DNA of 64,000 nt from a virus (IMGVR_UViG_3300049436_000052:270327-334326); one strand, 5' to 3'. Counted from the first letter of the stretch, positions 13,364-26,551 are shown. The notes: generated by a model from the letters alone, not told the origin. Translations and numbers: made by a program.

Positions 13364-13792
13364 ATGCCAAACGGTAAAACGCACGATATTATAGCCTTTG
13401 TAACAACACCAATAGTTGTAGGAATAGCCTATTATGTTACTACAGACATTAAATCCACTACTATTTTAATGTTTACATATCTTTTCGCCTCATTTATGTT
13501 CAATGGTGATTTAGATATGAATAGTAGGCCATATAATCGTTGGTGGTTGTTAAAGATGATCTGGATACCCTACCAATTACTATTTTATCACAGATCAGTG
13601 TTTACTCATGGGATTGTTATTGGAACAGTTGTTAGATTATTATATCTTGGAATAATTCCTATTATAATATTGACAATTAATGGAGATTTGATAAATATTA
13701 TTTCAACTTTGGATGTTAATATAACATTAACAATATTACTAGGTTTGGAATTAGGATCTATTGTCCATACAATATCTGATAAGATGTTTTAG
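13364..13792 (+). CDS. DUF2227-like putative metal-binding membrane protein
   Basis: MP.GKTHD, DLD..S.P..RW, W.PY...HRS..TH, H...D motifs with hydrophobic helices. Confidence 0.7.
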   Translation: MPNGKTHDIIAFVTTPIVVGIAYYVTTDIKSTTILMFTYLFASFMFNGDLDMNSRPYNRWWLLKMIWIPYQLLFYHRSVFTHGIVIGTVVRLLYLGIIPIIILTINGDLINIISTLDVNITLTILLGLELGSIVHTISDKMF

Positions 13793-14338
13793 TTACAATA
13801 TATCATTTTGTCTTTTTTGAACAATCATAGTAATTTCAAAATTACCATCATTTAATCTTCCTTCTAAATATGTATGAAGTTCAAAACCATCTTTGATTAT
13901 TTTATCCAATTCTTCATTGATTTGAGATTCTGTAAAGAATCCATTAATCCTTTTATATTTAATACTTCTTTCCATAATTAATCGTTTAAATTGGTTTTAT
14001 AAAAAAATTCTTTTTTAAATAAATAAACAAAACCCTCATCTTTATCATAATCACTTGACGAAAATTCCAATTCGTTTACATAGTCTTGATAATTTTTCTT
14101 ATGGAAATCAACAAAATCGTCAATTATATCACATATTTCATCATTCTTAGTTAATATTGAACGAATCTCAGGAAATTTTAATAAAAATACTATCCATGAT
14201 TTTAGATCAATAGATAAATCATTATGTTTCTCTTTAATATAACTTATTCCAATTTCAAAGATATTTGCTAGTTGTTCTTTATTTTCACAACTTTTAATGA
14301 ATTCGAAAAGTGGAAAATATTTTTTTACTAAATCAATT

Positions 14339-15418
14339 TTATTTGTTGAAACGATCATAACTATTTTTTGTTATTTTACAAAAATTAACTTTTCCTATAA
14401 AATTATCAAGTGTTTTACAATTACAGTATGACATTGCACTTCTAAGATAATGATTAAAATTCTCTACCCATCCATTTAAAGTATATTCAACATTCCGAAC
14501 TCTATGTACGCCTTCAGAAGTTTTTATAATTGTCTTTCCTAGTGCCTTTTGAACTGCTTTAGTTGACATACCTCTATAATGTTTTTTTATCGTAAAACCT
14601 TTTTTAAAAAGAAATCTGGCTATTTTAATATTTATTCTAAATTTCCAAATATAGTTAGGAGCACAACTTTCAATTGCTTTGTTAAATATAGAACCAATCA
14701 TAACATAATCAGAACCAAGACCAATCGATTTTATAATATCAGAATAATCTTTTATTCCACCATCTACAATTATTTTAGGTAAAACAAGATCAGGATTTTC
14801 TCCAATTAATCTCTTTTTTATTTCATTAATTTCATAAACTAACGAACCTAATGGCATATAAACACCCGTTTGTTTGGCGCTTAAACAGCTTTGTCCACCA
14901 CCAATACCTAGTCTAATGTAGTTGACACACTCATTTTTAACATACCATTCATACGTTTCTGGATTAGCAATATTTCCTACCATAATAACAATATCTGGTC
15001 TTAAACGCTTGATTTCGGTACAATAATCAACGATTTTTTGCATATGTCCATTTGCTATATCGATAAGAATATGGGCGTTTTCGTGAAAACTTTTTGATTT
15101 ATCTTTTATTAGGTTTCTGGTTAGATGATAATCCAAATCATTAAAACCAAAACTGGTAAAAACTGTTTGATATTTCTGAGGATTCTTATCATAAAGCTTT
15201 CTTAAATCTTCATATTTAACAGTTCTGGGAAGAACAACATTAATATTGTTTTCAAGAAAAACATCTATATTACTTAAATCTACAACAGTATCCATTGGTG
15301 CTGTAAACAATGGATAGTTTTTTGGTAGTGAAATATCATCATACCTACTATTGATATGCGTTTTTTTGCTAGGGATAATTACAATGTCATTAAAATCAAA
15401 TTTTTCTTCAAGAACCAT
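14339..15418 (-). CDS. guaC: GMP reductase / IMP dehydrogenase family protein
   Basis: APMDTV, IDIANGH, GNIA, GIGGGQSC (catalytic Cys), DGG, YRGM, SEG, LRSAMSY. Confidence 0.8.
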   Translation of the reverse strand: MVLEEKFDFNDIVIIPSKKTHINSRYDDISLPKNYPLFTAPMDTVVDLSNIDVFLENNINVVLPRTVKYEDLRKLYDKNPQKYQTVFTSFGFNDLDYHLTRNLIKDKSKSFHENAHILIDIANGHMQKIVDYCTEIKRLRPDIVIMVGNIANPETYEWYVKNECVNYIRLGIGGGQSCLSAKQTGVYMPLGSLVYEINEIKKRLIGENPDLVLPKIIVDGGIKDYSDIIKSIGLGSDYVMIGSIFNKAIESCAPNYIWKFRINIKIARFLFKKGFTIKKHYRGMSTKAVQKALGKTIIKTSEGVHRVRNVEYTLNGWVENFNHYLRSAMSYCNCKTLDNFIGKVNFCKITKNSYDRFNK

Positions 15419-15814
15419 GCTTTTAATTATTTTTTAGTTAAAACTACTATTTTTGCTGTGGTTGAATTTTAAAATAAATTGTTGATTTCTTTATTTGGGA
15501 ATCGGTAAATATGAAATTGTCTAATTCATTTATCTCATCTAAAAACGCAACCAATATATCTATATCTTCATTACAAGTGTCTTGTAATTGTTCTTCGTTA
15601 CTAATTGAATCAAATCCATAATATTCATCAGTTTCATCGTAATTATCATCACAACTTTCATCATCTACTATGTCATAACGATAAAACAAATAATTTTTAT
15701 GTAAATCAATATCACCTTTTAAATCATCAATAACGTTGTTTTGAATCTTATCATATAATTTCTTTATGTCTAACATATTAATATCTATTTAATGAAGTAA
15801 TTTTTATTCTTGCA

Positions 15815-17108
15815 GTGAACTACCCACCCACGCCAGAGGCGATGGATTGAGCTTCATAGGTCATAGACTCACCTAGTGGTAACGCCTCACTATGTTTTTG
15901 TTTTGTGTCCGACTGCATCCCACAAGCAGACAATATGTTTATTCCTTGCTTTAATATGTTATTAGCTGCATTTATATCTCTATCGTGAACTTCACCACAA
16001 GATTCGCAAGTCCATTCTCTTATCGAAAGTGTTAAATCTTGTTTTATCCATCCACAACTTGAACACTTTTTACTGCTTGGAAAGAATCTATCAATCTTAA
16101 CGAATTGTCTATCATTCCAATTGGCTTTATATTCAAGCATGGTGTAAAAAGCGCCCAATGAAACATCGCTCATTGCTTGTGCTAAACAATGATTTTTCAT
16201 TATATTCTTAACAGCTAAGTCCTCAACTGATATTATATCGTGGTTTTTGATGATTTCAGTTGATACTTTGTGTAAGTAATCTTTTCTAATGTTTGTGATT
16301 TGTTCGTGTACTAATGCAAGTTTTCTTTTTTGCTTATTTCTTGACTGACTTCCTTTTTGTTTTTTAGAAAGTTGTCTTTGCCCATATTTGATTTTCTTTA
16401 ATTTGGTTTTAAGTGATTTAATATTCCTATATACTTTACCATCTGAAAGTATAGCAAGTTCTTTTATTCCTGTGTCCACACCAACGGATTTGCCTGTTTT
16501 TTCAAACGGCTTATATTCTATTTCACAAGTAATTGAAACATAATATTTACCAGTTGTTGATTTTGATATTGTTGCAAACAATGGTTCGCCCCCCATTTGT
16601 CTGTGAAGGTTCAATTTGATTCCTTCTTTAAATTTAGGAATCACAAGTTTATCATCGTCAACAATTACATTTTGTGGTACTTTAAAACTTTGCCTATCAT
16701 ACTTTGATTTGAAACGTGGAAACTTATTTTGTTTATTGAAGAAATTCTTGTATGCAATATCTAAGTTTCTAATAGATGCTTGTAATGATTGACTATTCAC
16801 CTCTTTTAACCAAATATATTCATCATCTTTTTTCAGTTCAGTTAAAGTCCTTGCATTATCATAATAGTTAAGTGAAGTCTTTTCGTTTAAATACTTCTTT
16901 TTACGTTCATTCAAGAATCTATTAAACACAAATCTACAATGCCCAAAGTGTTTACTCAGCAAAGATTCTTGTTCCTTTGTTGGGTAAATTCTAAACTTAT
17001 ATGATTTATGTATCTGTGTCATTCTATTATTAGATAGTCTAAAGGTTAGCGTTTATCGCTTACATCCTATTCATGCTAAAGCGATGAATGGGTTTTACGC
17101 TCCGTTTT
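15815..17108 (-). mobile_element. Non-autonomous IS200/IS605-family element (tnpB only)
   Basis: Left-end hairpin ~17067-17093; TTTAT immediately outside the left end; right end ...GGGTAGTTCAC; no tnpA. Confidence 0.7.
15820..17022 (-). CDS. tnpB: RNA-guided endonuclease TnpB
   Basis: HKSYKFRIYPT N-terminus, RuvC GVDTG / VEDL / DRDINAA, CSSC..CESC zinc finger. Confidence 0.92.
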   Translation of the reverse strand: MTQIHKSYKFRIYPTKEQESLLSKHFGHCRFVFNRFLNERKKKYLNEKTSLNYYDNARTLTELKKDDEYIWLKEVNSQSLQASIRNLDIAYKNFFNKQNKFPRFKSKYDRQSFKVPQNVIVDDDKLVIPKFKEGIKLNLHRQMGGEPLFATISKSTTGKYYVSITCEIEYKPFEKTGKSVGVDTGIKELAILSDGKVYRNIKSLKTKLKKIKYGQRQLSKKQKGSQSRNKQKRKLALVHEQITNIRKDYLHKVSTEIIKNHDIISVEDLAVKNIMKNHCLAQAMSDVSLGAFYTMLEYKANWNDRQFVKIDRFFPSSKKCSSCGWIKQDLTLSIREWTCESCGEVHDRDINAANNILKQGINILSACGMQSDTKQKHSEALPLGESMTYEAQSIASGVGG

Positions 17109-17923
17109 ATAAATAGATAAATATTTTAAAAAAACTCATTTATTTTATTTATAATATATTATCATCACTTTTGCATAATTTCACACCCTATGCAATTATG
17201 CAAATTTTATGATAATATATTAATTATAATGTTTTTGTGAAATAAAAAGTTAAATAATCCAATTCCTTTTCTTCTTCAATTGTTAGAGTAAAATTATTTG
17301 TTTTTTTATAAAAAAGATAATCGAACTTTTCTTTTAATCTTTTGTTTCTTTCGATTTCTTTTTGTTTAAAAATTTCAATTTGTTGGTATTCTGAAAATTG
17401 TTTTAAGCCATCACCTTTAAGGAAATTCAATGTTAATATTTCTAATTCAGATGGTTTTCTTTTAAAAAAATTTAAAAATTTTCTTATCATAAATTTATTA
17501 ATTATTCTGTTATTTTAACTATTTCCCAATCATATAACTCAGTATCTAAAACTCCCCTGCAATGATAACCATTCGGATCTTTTAAATTATCAGTAATTCC
17601 AAAATCACCAAATCTTGAAACCATCCAGATCCTAACCTTAGTGTCTTTGGGACATAAATGTTTACCATTTGTTCTAGTTGTCGAATCCCAAACGTTCATC
17701 TCAAATTCTTTATTGGTAATTGCAAATAATTGAAATTTATGATAAAATAATAACCAACTAGGATCTGTTTTTACTTCAATAGGATATTTTAAATTGAAAA
17801 CTTCGTCAAATGTTAATGATTTTCTTTTAAGCGTTTCACCAACATTTAATAATTTCAATGTTTCAACAAATTCTGTATTCTTTTCCATTTTATAGATTAT
17901 TTAGTAAAAAAACAAATAATTTC

Positions 17924-19510
17924 TTAATTTTCAATTGGAAAGGTTTTTATTATTCGTTCACCATTTCTTTTTAAGATAATAATATTTTTTTCTATTTTTT
18001 TATAAATCCCAACAAAATCATTTCTATTTAATTTTGTTGAAAAATGGCAAGAACTTATATTTATCGAAGCAGCACATTCTTTAGGTGAATTAAATATAAT
18101 ATTATCTTTAAGAGATAATATTTTAATTTGTGTTGTTGTTTGTATTGTTTCATTATCATAGTTTTCAATTCTTTGTAAATATGATTCATATTTTCTTTCC
18201 AAAAAAACTGTAGCATTTGAATATATATGGTTTAAAAATTTAAGACCATCTTTATAAAAATAACGCATATATACGTTTTTTTCTTTATTAATAAACTTTT
18301 CAAATTTTGTTGCAAAAATATTATAATTTTTTAAGTATTTTAATATGTCATCAACACATTCCTTTGTTGAAATTATACTAACAACCCTTTTACCAATATG
18401 TCCATCACCATCCACCAACCCTCTTATTAAATGTTTAATTAAATCATTATTTATTTTTGGAAGATTTAGATTTTTTGTTTTATCACTACCAACGCCCAAT
18501 TTTAATAAATCATTTATTATTTTTTGTGAATAAATAATTAAATATGTTGAATGTATTTCACGACCATTTCTTTTATCGATATAAATACGATCATTAACTG
18601 GAGCAGTAGTTTTTATCAATTCTTTAAACTTTAAAAGAATATTCTTATCCTTAGTGTTTATAGTAAACGCTAATCTTGTTTTTTTTATCTTATCACTAGC
18701 AATAGATCCATCAGCACAAATAAAACCCAAATAATATGCTTTTTCTTCATTATCTATTATATTGAAAAAATTATCATTTTCTGTTATTTGTGGTTTTTGT
18801 TTTCGTTCAACATTATTTTCTTTAGCAAACTTTACTTTACTTTCTCTAATATTTAATGATATAACTGGTTTTGCAGGAAATTTATTATTATCAAGCCATT
18901 GTTCTGTAATTTCTTTATTAATTGGCCTCGATGTAATGTAACATTCTGGTTCAAATAATAAGTCATTTGATTTGATTAATGGTTTAATGTTTAAATAAAA
19001 ATCATCTAAACTGTTATTATTTTTCATTTCTTCAAATCTTTTTAACATTTGTCTATCACAATAATATGTTGAAGGATTTGATGGAATTTCAGAATATATT
19101 TCATGCCAAGCACCCATAAAATCTGCGATAACTCCATCAACATCTAACGATATTTTAGGTAAGTTTAAAATTTTCTTAACTCTATCATCACCTTGAGGAA
19201 AATCATGATAAAACGCATTTAAAAAATGTGCATTACATGCAAGATGTGCAATATGTAAATTTCCACTTTCTTTATCATAATCTTCACCCTTCTCAATTGC
19301 AATAAGATGTCTTTTAAGTGAAGCAATTAGAGAAGACCAACTCATACCTTTTTGCCAATTTCTAGGTTCGTATTTGTTTGCCCCGTCTGTCAAGACTTTA
19401 ACCATGTCTTCAAGCGCTTTTGAATGAATCAAATCGTGTCTCAATTTACCTTGATTATATCTCAATCCAGTTCCAACACCTGTCGTGAATTTAAATTCAT
19501 TTTCTTCCAT
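17924..19510 (-). CDS. dATP/dGTP diphosphohydrolase (DUF5664) + truncated HAD nucleotidase + LAGLIDADG endonuclease fusion
   Basis: RYNQGK, GANKY..RNW.KG, ESG..H.AH..CN; DVDGV and ITSR; AYYLGFICADG and LIRGLVDGDG. Confidence 0.75.
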   Translation of the reverse strand: MEENEFKFTTGVGTGLRYNQGKLRHDLIHSKALEDMVKVLTDGANKYEPRNWQKGMSWSSLIASLKRHLIAIEKGEDYDKESGNLHIAHLACNAHFLNAFYHDFPQGDDRVKKILNLPKISLDVDGVIADFMGAWHEIYSEIPSNPSTYYCDRQMLKRFEEMKNNNSLDDFYLNIKPLIKSNDLLFEPECYITSRPINKEITEQWLDNNKFPAKPVISLNIRESKVKFAKENNVERKQKPQITENDNFFNIIDNEEKAYYLGFICADGSIASDKIKKTRLAFTINTKDKNILLKFKELIKTTAPVNDRIYIDKRNGREIHSTYLIIYSQKIINDLLKLGVGSDKTKNLNLPKINNDLIKHLIRGLVDGDGHIGKRVVSIISTKECVDDILKYLKNYNIFATKFEKFINKEKNVYMRYFYKDGLKFLNHIYSNATVFLERKYESYLQRIENYDNETIQTTTQIKILSLKDNIIFNSPKECAASINISSCHFSTKLNRNDFVGIYKKIEKNIIILKRNGERIIKTFPIEN

Positions 19511-20689
19511 AATGTTAATTTATTTTGAATAAAACTCTAAAACATTAATAATTTCATTTTTTAAATTTTCCATTTTTTGAATGAAATTATCATATTGTTT
19601 ATTAAAATCTTCTAAATTATTTTTTATTTCATCTTTGGTTGTATAACCATCTCTTAACAAATCTTCAAACGGATTTTGAATAAATGATGCTAGTGATTGT
19701 ATTTGATGTCTCATCCGAATAAAATCTTCAAACAATCTTTTTTGATAATCAAAGTCGATATTTTTATTCATATTATTTTCATTAAATTAATCAATGTTAT
19801 CAGTTTGTTCGTTCTTTGTCCATTTTTTACCACATTTAGCACATCTAACATAATTTGGCATATTATAAGCTTTCCATATATGTTTACAATGAGCTGAATT
19901 GGTAGTGGTTATAGGCACATACAATTGTTTCTTTTGTAATCTAAACAACCATCTAAAAAGTTTTTTCATTTGTTTCTTTTAATTAAATTTATATATTATT
20001 TACACAACAATATATATCTACAATCATTTTAGGCATAATACTACGTTTCTTTATTCAAATACCATTCTCCAGTATGCCAAACTATAAATGACATTATAGT
20101 ATCTTCATTAATAGGTGATTTGTAAACAATAATAGTATTCGAATTTTCAAACTCATTACATATTGTATGCACCAAATCACTATCATCCGAATTTGTAACA
20201 AGTATCCTATTACCATTTGAGTTCATGAACACATTATAATCCCCATACACACTATGTCGGTATTGTAGTTTCTTACCTTCTTTTAGTAATGTCATTATCT
20301 TTTTAGCATTACCAATATGAAAAAAACCAATCATTTCATCATTCCAATCACTATTACAAATAAATTCATATTGGTAATGTTTTTTACTTATCTCTAATTG
20401 CTTTTTTAATTCATCAATTTCTTTTTGAATAATTTCAGGTTTTTTTATATCTTTATCCATGTTATCTTTCATTAAATTAATCAATACTATCAACTGCTCT
20501 TTTAAAACATTCATTATATGCATTTTCAAAAAAATCGTCTGGTAATATTTCTCCACTATCCTCATATGGCCTAGCTAATTCGTCTTCAATATTACTATAG
20601 TTTTTATTCATAAATTTAATAACATTATGAATATCTTCAATAGAATAGAGTTTTTCGTTGGTATTACTAATCTTTTCCATTTTACTAAT

Positions 20690-21751
20690 TTATTTATTAC
20701 GTATTTGTAAAATAATATCATTTACCATGTTTTCATCAACTTCATCAGGTAAGTCTGATTTGGAAAAAACTTCAATCATTTTATTATTTTTTTCCTCTAC
20801 TAATTTCATAATTTCATCATAACTTACCATGCCTTTACGAATCGATAACAACCATTCCCTATTTGGTCTTGCAACGTTTACACCCTTCCCCTCACCTATT
20901 TCAATAGCCATTTCCAACATTCGCAAACAATGCATTAAATTTTTACCGTCATAGTTTTGGCTATTATTTATATTATCATTATATCTATGAGGATTTCGTT
21001 TTTCGACCCACTCCCAATATTCTTTATATTTTTTACAATAACTGGAATATCCATCCTTATTGTAATATAAAAAAGCTTCAACATTGAAGTTTTTGGGAAT
21101 TTCACTATGTTTCAAATCATCACCATTTTTCGAAAGAATGCCTTTAAATCCGTGTATCTGTGATTCATCATAAAAAACTTTATATAGTTGAACACCATTA
21201 GGCATTTCAGACAATCCAATACGATCTTCTATTTTATTGTGTTTTCTCAACCACTGTTCAGCAAGCATCATGTAACCATTTTCCTTTTCAAAGATATAAC
21301 AAAAATCCAATATAGATTTTCTTTCTTTTGGCATTGGATTTACAATTTTCTTGTTTAATCCACGAGCTTTTTTTATTTGAGAAACCGAATATCCACCAAA
21401 TGTAAATTGTAGTTTTTTTGTTAAAAATTTCATTCGATTATCATATAGTGGTTTTATTCTTTCATCAAAATATAATATTTTATCTTCTGGAGTAAATAAA
21501 ATTTCAATAATATTTGGATTATTATCAACCAATAAACTTATAAATCTATTTAATTCATAATAAACTATGTCATTTTTTACATCGTTCAATTGTTCTTTAT
21601 AACCATTGGCTAATAGAAATTCATTTGGTTGTAAATAAATTCCACGAATATCAGTATCTGAAGTTGGTAGTTCTAACCCATATGCTTTACTACCAGTAAT
21701 TACTTTAAACAACAAATCTTTTTCAGCTATGTCAAAATTATAATTTACCAT
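20690..21751 (-). CDS. Pol-beta superfamily nucleotidyltransferase (RlaP-like)
   Basis: GSKAYGL..PTSDTDIRG, NPNIIE.L, YDGKNLMHCLR. Confidence 0.8.
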   Translation of the reverse strand: MVNYNFDIAEKDLLFKVITGSKAYGLELPTSDTDIRGIYLQPNEFLLANGYKEQLNDVKNDIVYYELNRFISLLVDNNPNIIEILFTPEDKILYFDERIKPLYDNRMKFLTKKLQFTFGGYSVSQIKKARGLNKKIVNPMPKERKSILDFCYIFEKENGYMMLAEQWLRKHNKIEDRIGLSEMPNGVQLYKVFYDESQIHGFKGILSKNGDDLKHSEIPKNFNVEAFLYYNKDGYSSYCKKYKEYWEWVEKRNPHRYNDNINNSQNYDGKNLMHCLRMLEMAIEIGEGKGVNVARPNREWLLSIRKGMVSYDEIMKLVEEKNNKMIEVFSKSDLPDEVDENMVNDIILQIRNK

Positions 21752-24401
21752 TTCCTAGAAAATTTTAACGTTAAACAATTCTTCTAATTCTTTAGGGGTT
21801 GCTTCATAATTCTTAGTTTCTGTTTTAACATCATTATCGACTGAATATACTTCCATTTCAGAAACACTCATTTGATAATCGACAACGGCCATAATTTTTT
21901 CTTGTTCGTTTCTGATTTTAATTGAGGTAACGTAGGTAAATATTGCTCTTAAATAACCAGGTCGTAAATCGGGGTGATCTACGATTCTTAACGATCCAAA
22001 AGGTTTATTTGTTTTTTCATTTTTCAAAATCCAACGACCATCAACCCTGTTTTCAGTTACATAACCCTTTAGTCGTTCCCAATATAAATCTTCAAAATTA
22101 TATGAATCCATTATTTATTTTTTTTGTAAAATTAAAATAAAATAATGAAAACAACAAATTAAATTTTAAAAAATGTTAAACTTTTCTCCTGATTTAATTT
22201 TCATTAAGAAATAACATTTTCTTCAAACCATTTCTTAAATTCATCAAAACTTGCCATTCTATTTGCATTATCATATATTTCACGTGTGGTGGGAACTGGT
22301 GTTTGTTCTACGATCCTATCTATTGCCATTATATTTTTTTCTATTTCTATTGAATCATCATCATCTCGATAACATCCACTTACACCCTCATAACAATTAA
22401 TACTATCAGACATTACAGCATATTCCCAATAAAAACAATCTCTACATTTTACCCATTTTTTCATATTAATAATTTTTAATAACCATAATAAATCATTATA
22501 TTACGTTTCCAATCAAACGTCTTATATATTCTAACAAGTTCGAAAACTTCATATTCAAATTTCCAACTTGTAGTAACTTCATTTCCGCGTTCTAAATCAT
22601 ATGGAACTGTATCCATAAAAGTATTTATACCCCATTCTCTTCCAAAACTTCTAATATGTTTAATAATTTTAAACAGTACAGTCTGTTCATTATCGCTTAT
22701 TTTAGTAAAATCAAATGTATATTTAACATCATCAGAAGATAAATATTTTGTTTTAAGTGAATTTAAGAATTCACTAGGTTCTTTTTCTTTAAAAAATGGA
22801 TCAAGCATTTCTGAGTAATAGTTTTTTATTTTACTGGTAAAATGTTCAATTATGTATTTTAAAAAATTACTATCCACTACATATAAATCTCCATCTGAAT
22901 ATTCTTCTTTTAGTTCCTTTTTCTTAAAAAAAGATTTCATAGCTTTTTTAGGAGGATCAAATTCGACATACTTTCCAAATCTGTATAAACTAGTTCCAAA
23001 GTCATAAACACCAATATATGGCTTTTCACCATCTTCGCCCCTCACACGATAAAATTCATATAATTCGTTCTTTGTCAACGATTTTATTTTATTATATTCT
23101 TTTTTTGGCATCATACCAATATACAATCTATATCCCATTATTCAATTTTTATTATTGATTGGTATCAATTTCTTTCCAATGAGTAGGTTTTCTGAAATCA
23201 ACAGTTTTCTCTGGGTTTTGTAATATTGTCCAAGTACCATCAGATCTTAATCTACCAGTAGATTGCCAACCTTCTCGTTCTGGTGATCCAACACCAATTG
23301 GTTCATATTTAACTTCAACTAGTTTATTAAATTCGGGTTTAGATTTGGTTAAACTTCTCCAACCTTTGTAATTATTCATTTGAAATTAATTTAAAGGACA
23401 ATCAAATTCATTTAAAATGGCACTATTAACTTTTGATTTACTCATGTTATTGTTTAATAAATCATGATTAACTATTAAATTAACAGTATCATCCAAATAA
23501 CCAGATAAAATATTTTCATTATTTGCTGTAGATAAAATTTCATGATCTCTAATAAAAATTTTACCAAAAACATTGTTTAATAATCTTTTTATTTCGCCAT
23601 AGAAATATTTACCATTACCGTCTGAGGCAAGAAACATTTCGTTTATGTTCAAATCATTGTTCATAATTACATTAATAAATTAAATAATTATCATATAAAT
23701 TATTCATAAATAGTTTATCAATTTCAATCATATCTTCAATAATGTTTGAATAACAATTAAAATCAATCCTTCCCCATTTTAATTTAACTTGACATATTTG
23801 AAATTGTGAATCAACACTAATACACAAATCTAAAACCTTATCAATAATCTCATTCCAAACTGGATAAATTGGAGTTCCAATTGAAAATCCATAATGACCA
23901 TGAGGAATATATTTTTTATATTTAAGTAAGAAATAATCATCGCTTCTTCTTGGTTCATATTTTTCGCATTCTTTTGGAAAATCTCTCAAATAATCATAAA
24001 TATTCCTATAATTATTAGGTAGAATATTTATTCTTAGCCATTTATATTTCCACAACCATTTAGTTAAACTATAATTCTTACTCCAGTGTTTTTTATAATT
24101 TGATTTAACTTTTTTCAAATCATTCTCATAATTCGAAAATATTATTTTGACATCGTTTATTAATTTCATTTTATATATTTTCTAAAATTGTTTTTATTTG
24201 TTCATCGGTTAATTTGAATCGTAATTTCAATTCATTTGCACCACATGTATGGTTTTTTATTTCACCATATGCATCTTCAAAAATAACAATCATTTTATCT
24301 TTATGTTCATCAGAAAATGGCTTTAATATTGTAATGGCACAATCTTCCTGATTTGGAACTACTAATGTTATTGCTTTTCTTTTTCTCATTTTATACAAAT
24401 T

Positions 24402-24692
24402 TTAATATAAATTTTCTGAAAATAAATTTTTAAACAATTCTTTTGTTTGTTTAGCATTAAATGCAATTTCTGCTGCTTCTGTTCTATCTACAAATCTATT
24501 TGTGTTTGTTAAGAATCCTTGTATATATTCACCAACTTCTGATTGATATTTCCCTGTCATTGCAATCATTTGATGTATGCAATGTGGATGTCTGTGTCCA
24601 CAGAAAACAATTCCTTTATCCACATTTCTTACAGTATAAATAGGGGTTGGTAATTCCTTATACCAAATTGCCGCACATAGAATATATTCCAT
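24402..24692 (-). CDS. Conserved phage hypothetical protein (paralog of 30260..30562)
   Basis: ILCAAI..G.RH..QGFLT..NRFVDR.EA..SENLY. Confidence 0.65.
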   Translation of the reverse strand: MEYILCAAIWYKELPTPIYTVRNVDKGIVFCGHRHPHCIHQMIAMTGKYQSEVGEYIQGFLTNTNRFVDRTEAAEIAFNAKQTKELFKNLFSENLY

Positions 24693-26077
24693 ATTTTTAT
24701 CTAATGTAAAGGAAGAAACATCTAAAAAACTTCCTTAATATATTAACAATTGATTATATACACTTAAATTAACATTGTTAATAAAAATTACTATGTGATG
24801 TTTTTTGAAAGAATTTATTTATCTTCTGAGTTTTTGATATCTTCTTTAAGAATATCTTCAATCCTTTTTTTTTCATTCCAAATTTCACTCAAAACTTTTA
24901 AACAGTTTATGTATTGTGTTGGATTGCCATAGTATAAATTTTTAACAGATTTGTAAAACTCAGTAATCAATAGTTGATCTTTAAACACAATCTTTGGCAA
25001 ATGAAATGTATATTTTTGGTTGTAGTTAAAAACAATTTCTTCACCAGTTTTATAGTGATTTATTAATGCTCTCATTATCGTTCTACTTTTATCAGCAGAA
25101 CAAGTACTTCCTTCAATCTTTTCAATCCAATATTCAAAATGATGTTTTATGAATTGTGAATTTTTATAAATAAAAACCAATTCATCATTATTAGATATTT
25201 CAGTTCTAACAAAACCTGAAAGAAATTTTTCAAAAGGATAAATTAGTTTAAAATAAAAACTGTTAAAATCACTTAATTCAGCAACATTAAACTCATTTTC
25301 TCCAATTATTTTCTTATATAGATCAATGTTTTCCTGACTAATAGAATTAAACATATTATCAAGAAAATTTTTTATTTGATTGTTTTCCATTTCTTTAGTT
25401 TTTATTATATTATACGAAAAAATTAACTATTATTATTAAAATATTTCTTAAAAATTGTTAAATAAATATTAAATTCTGGTTTTTTCATTGGGATCAAAAC
25501 CTCACTCCAATCCATTTTAGTAAATTTGTTAATCCATTCAATGTCATTATACATAGGATGATTTCTATCAGGATTTTTTGTCAAATTTTCATAACATTTA
25601 ATAGCATCATCACCATTTTTCTGAACCAATTCTTTTATCAATAATAATTTATCTATGAACTGTTTTTCAATGAAATATCGCTGTTCGGCATGAATAAAAC
25701 CAACCAAACCATCGTCATTTGAAATTGTTTGAGGAGAATAAATCTCATTTAAATTCTTATCAAAAAATTTAAGATTTTCAGCGATTTCAAATAAATCATT
25801 TTCTTTTATTATCTGTAAAATCATATATAAAACGTTTTTTAATTATCTAATCCGACATATCCACATGCCAGTAAATCTTGCATTTATCACAAATATAAAT
25901 AACATCACTACACCTATTTAAGTACGTTGAATTGTCAAATTCCCTATGTGAATGATTCAAATCGTGACATTTCTTAATTTCATCAGAATTGCCTGAATGT
26001 TTTTGCCAACCAAGATCAGTATAGTTTTTATCAAGACTTAATTTTCCTTTATTATAATTTTTTTGCCACATATTATT

Positions 26078-26551
26078 TTAATTTCTTATTTTATTGTATA
26101 TTACATGATAAAGATCGTTATCTAGTTCCATATCAAGCTGATCTTCAATCAAAATTTGAAGTTCATTTATAAGAATTTGTTCAAGTTCTAAATTTAACTC
26201 TATAAAACCCTTAATATTAATTAAAATTGTTAGATCCATAATTCATCTCTAATTACATAATAAATATCATCATCAACCTCCGTATCAAGCTGGTCATAAA
26301 GCAAATCGCTAAGATCAAACAAAAGATTGTCATCAAGTTGATTTTCAAGTTCATCAAAATCGTCAATATTAAATAACCTATCATGCATTATTTTAAATTT
26401 TTAAAGTATCCCATATTACATCACTAAATTCTATATCAACCTCTATATTAAGCTGGTCATAAAACAAATCGCTAAGATCATACCAAAGAGAGGTTTCAAG
26501 TTGATCATCAAGATCGCCAAAATCATCAATATTTTTTAATTTATCTCGCAT
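26078..26551 (-). repeat. Three tandem 52-53 aa very acidic paralogous ORFs (26393-26551, 26230-26388, 26078-26239)
   Basis: Hand translation, e.g. MHDRLFNIDDFDELENQLDDNLLFDLSDLLYDQLDTEVDDDIYYVIRDELWI; near-identical DNA at ~26287 and ~26450. Confidence 0.75.

Noticed and set aside
17889-18810. Group I intron carrying the LAGLIDADG ORF
   Set aside because: Only ~35 nt separate the stop from the next gene, leaving no room for a ribozyme core or 3' exon
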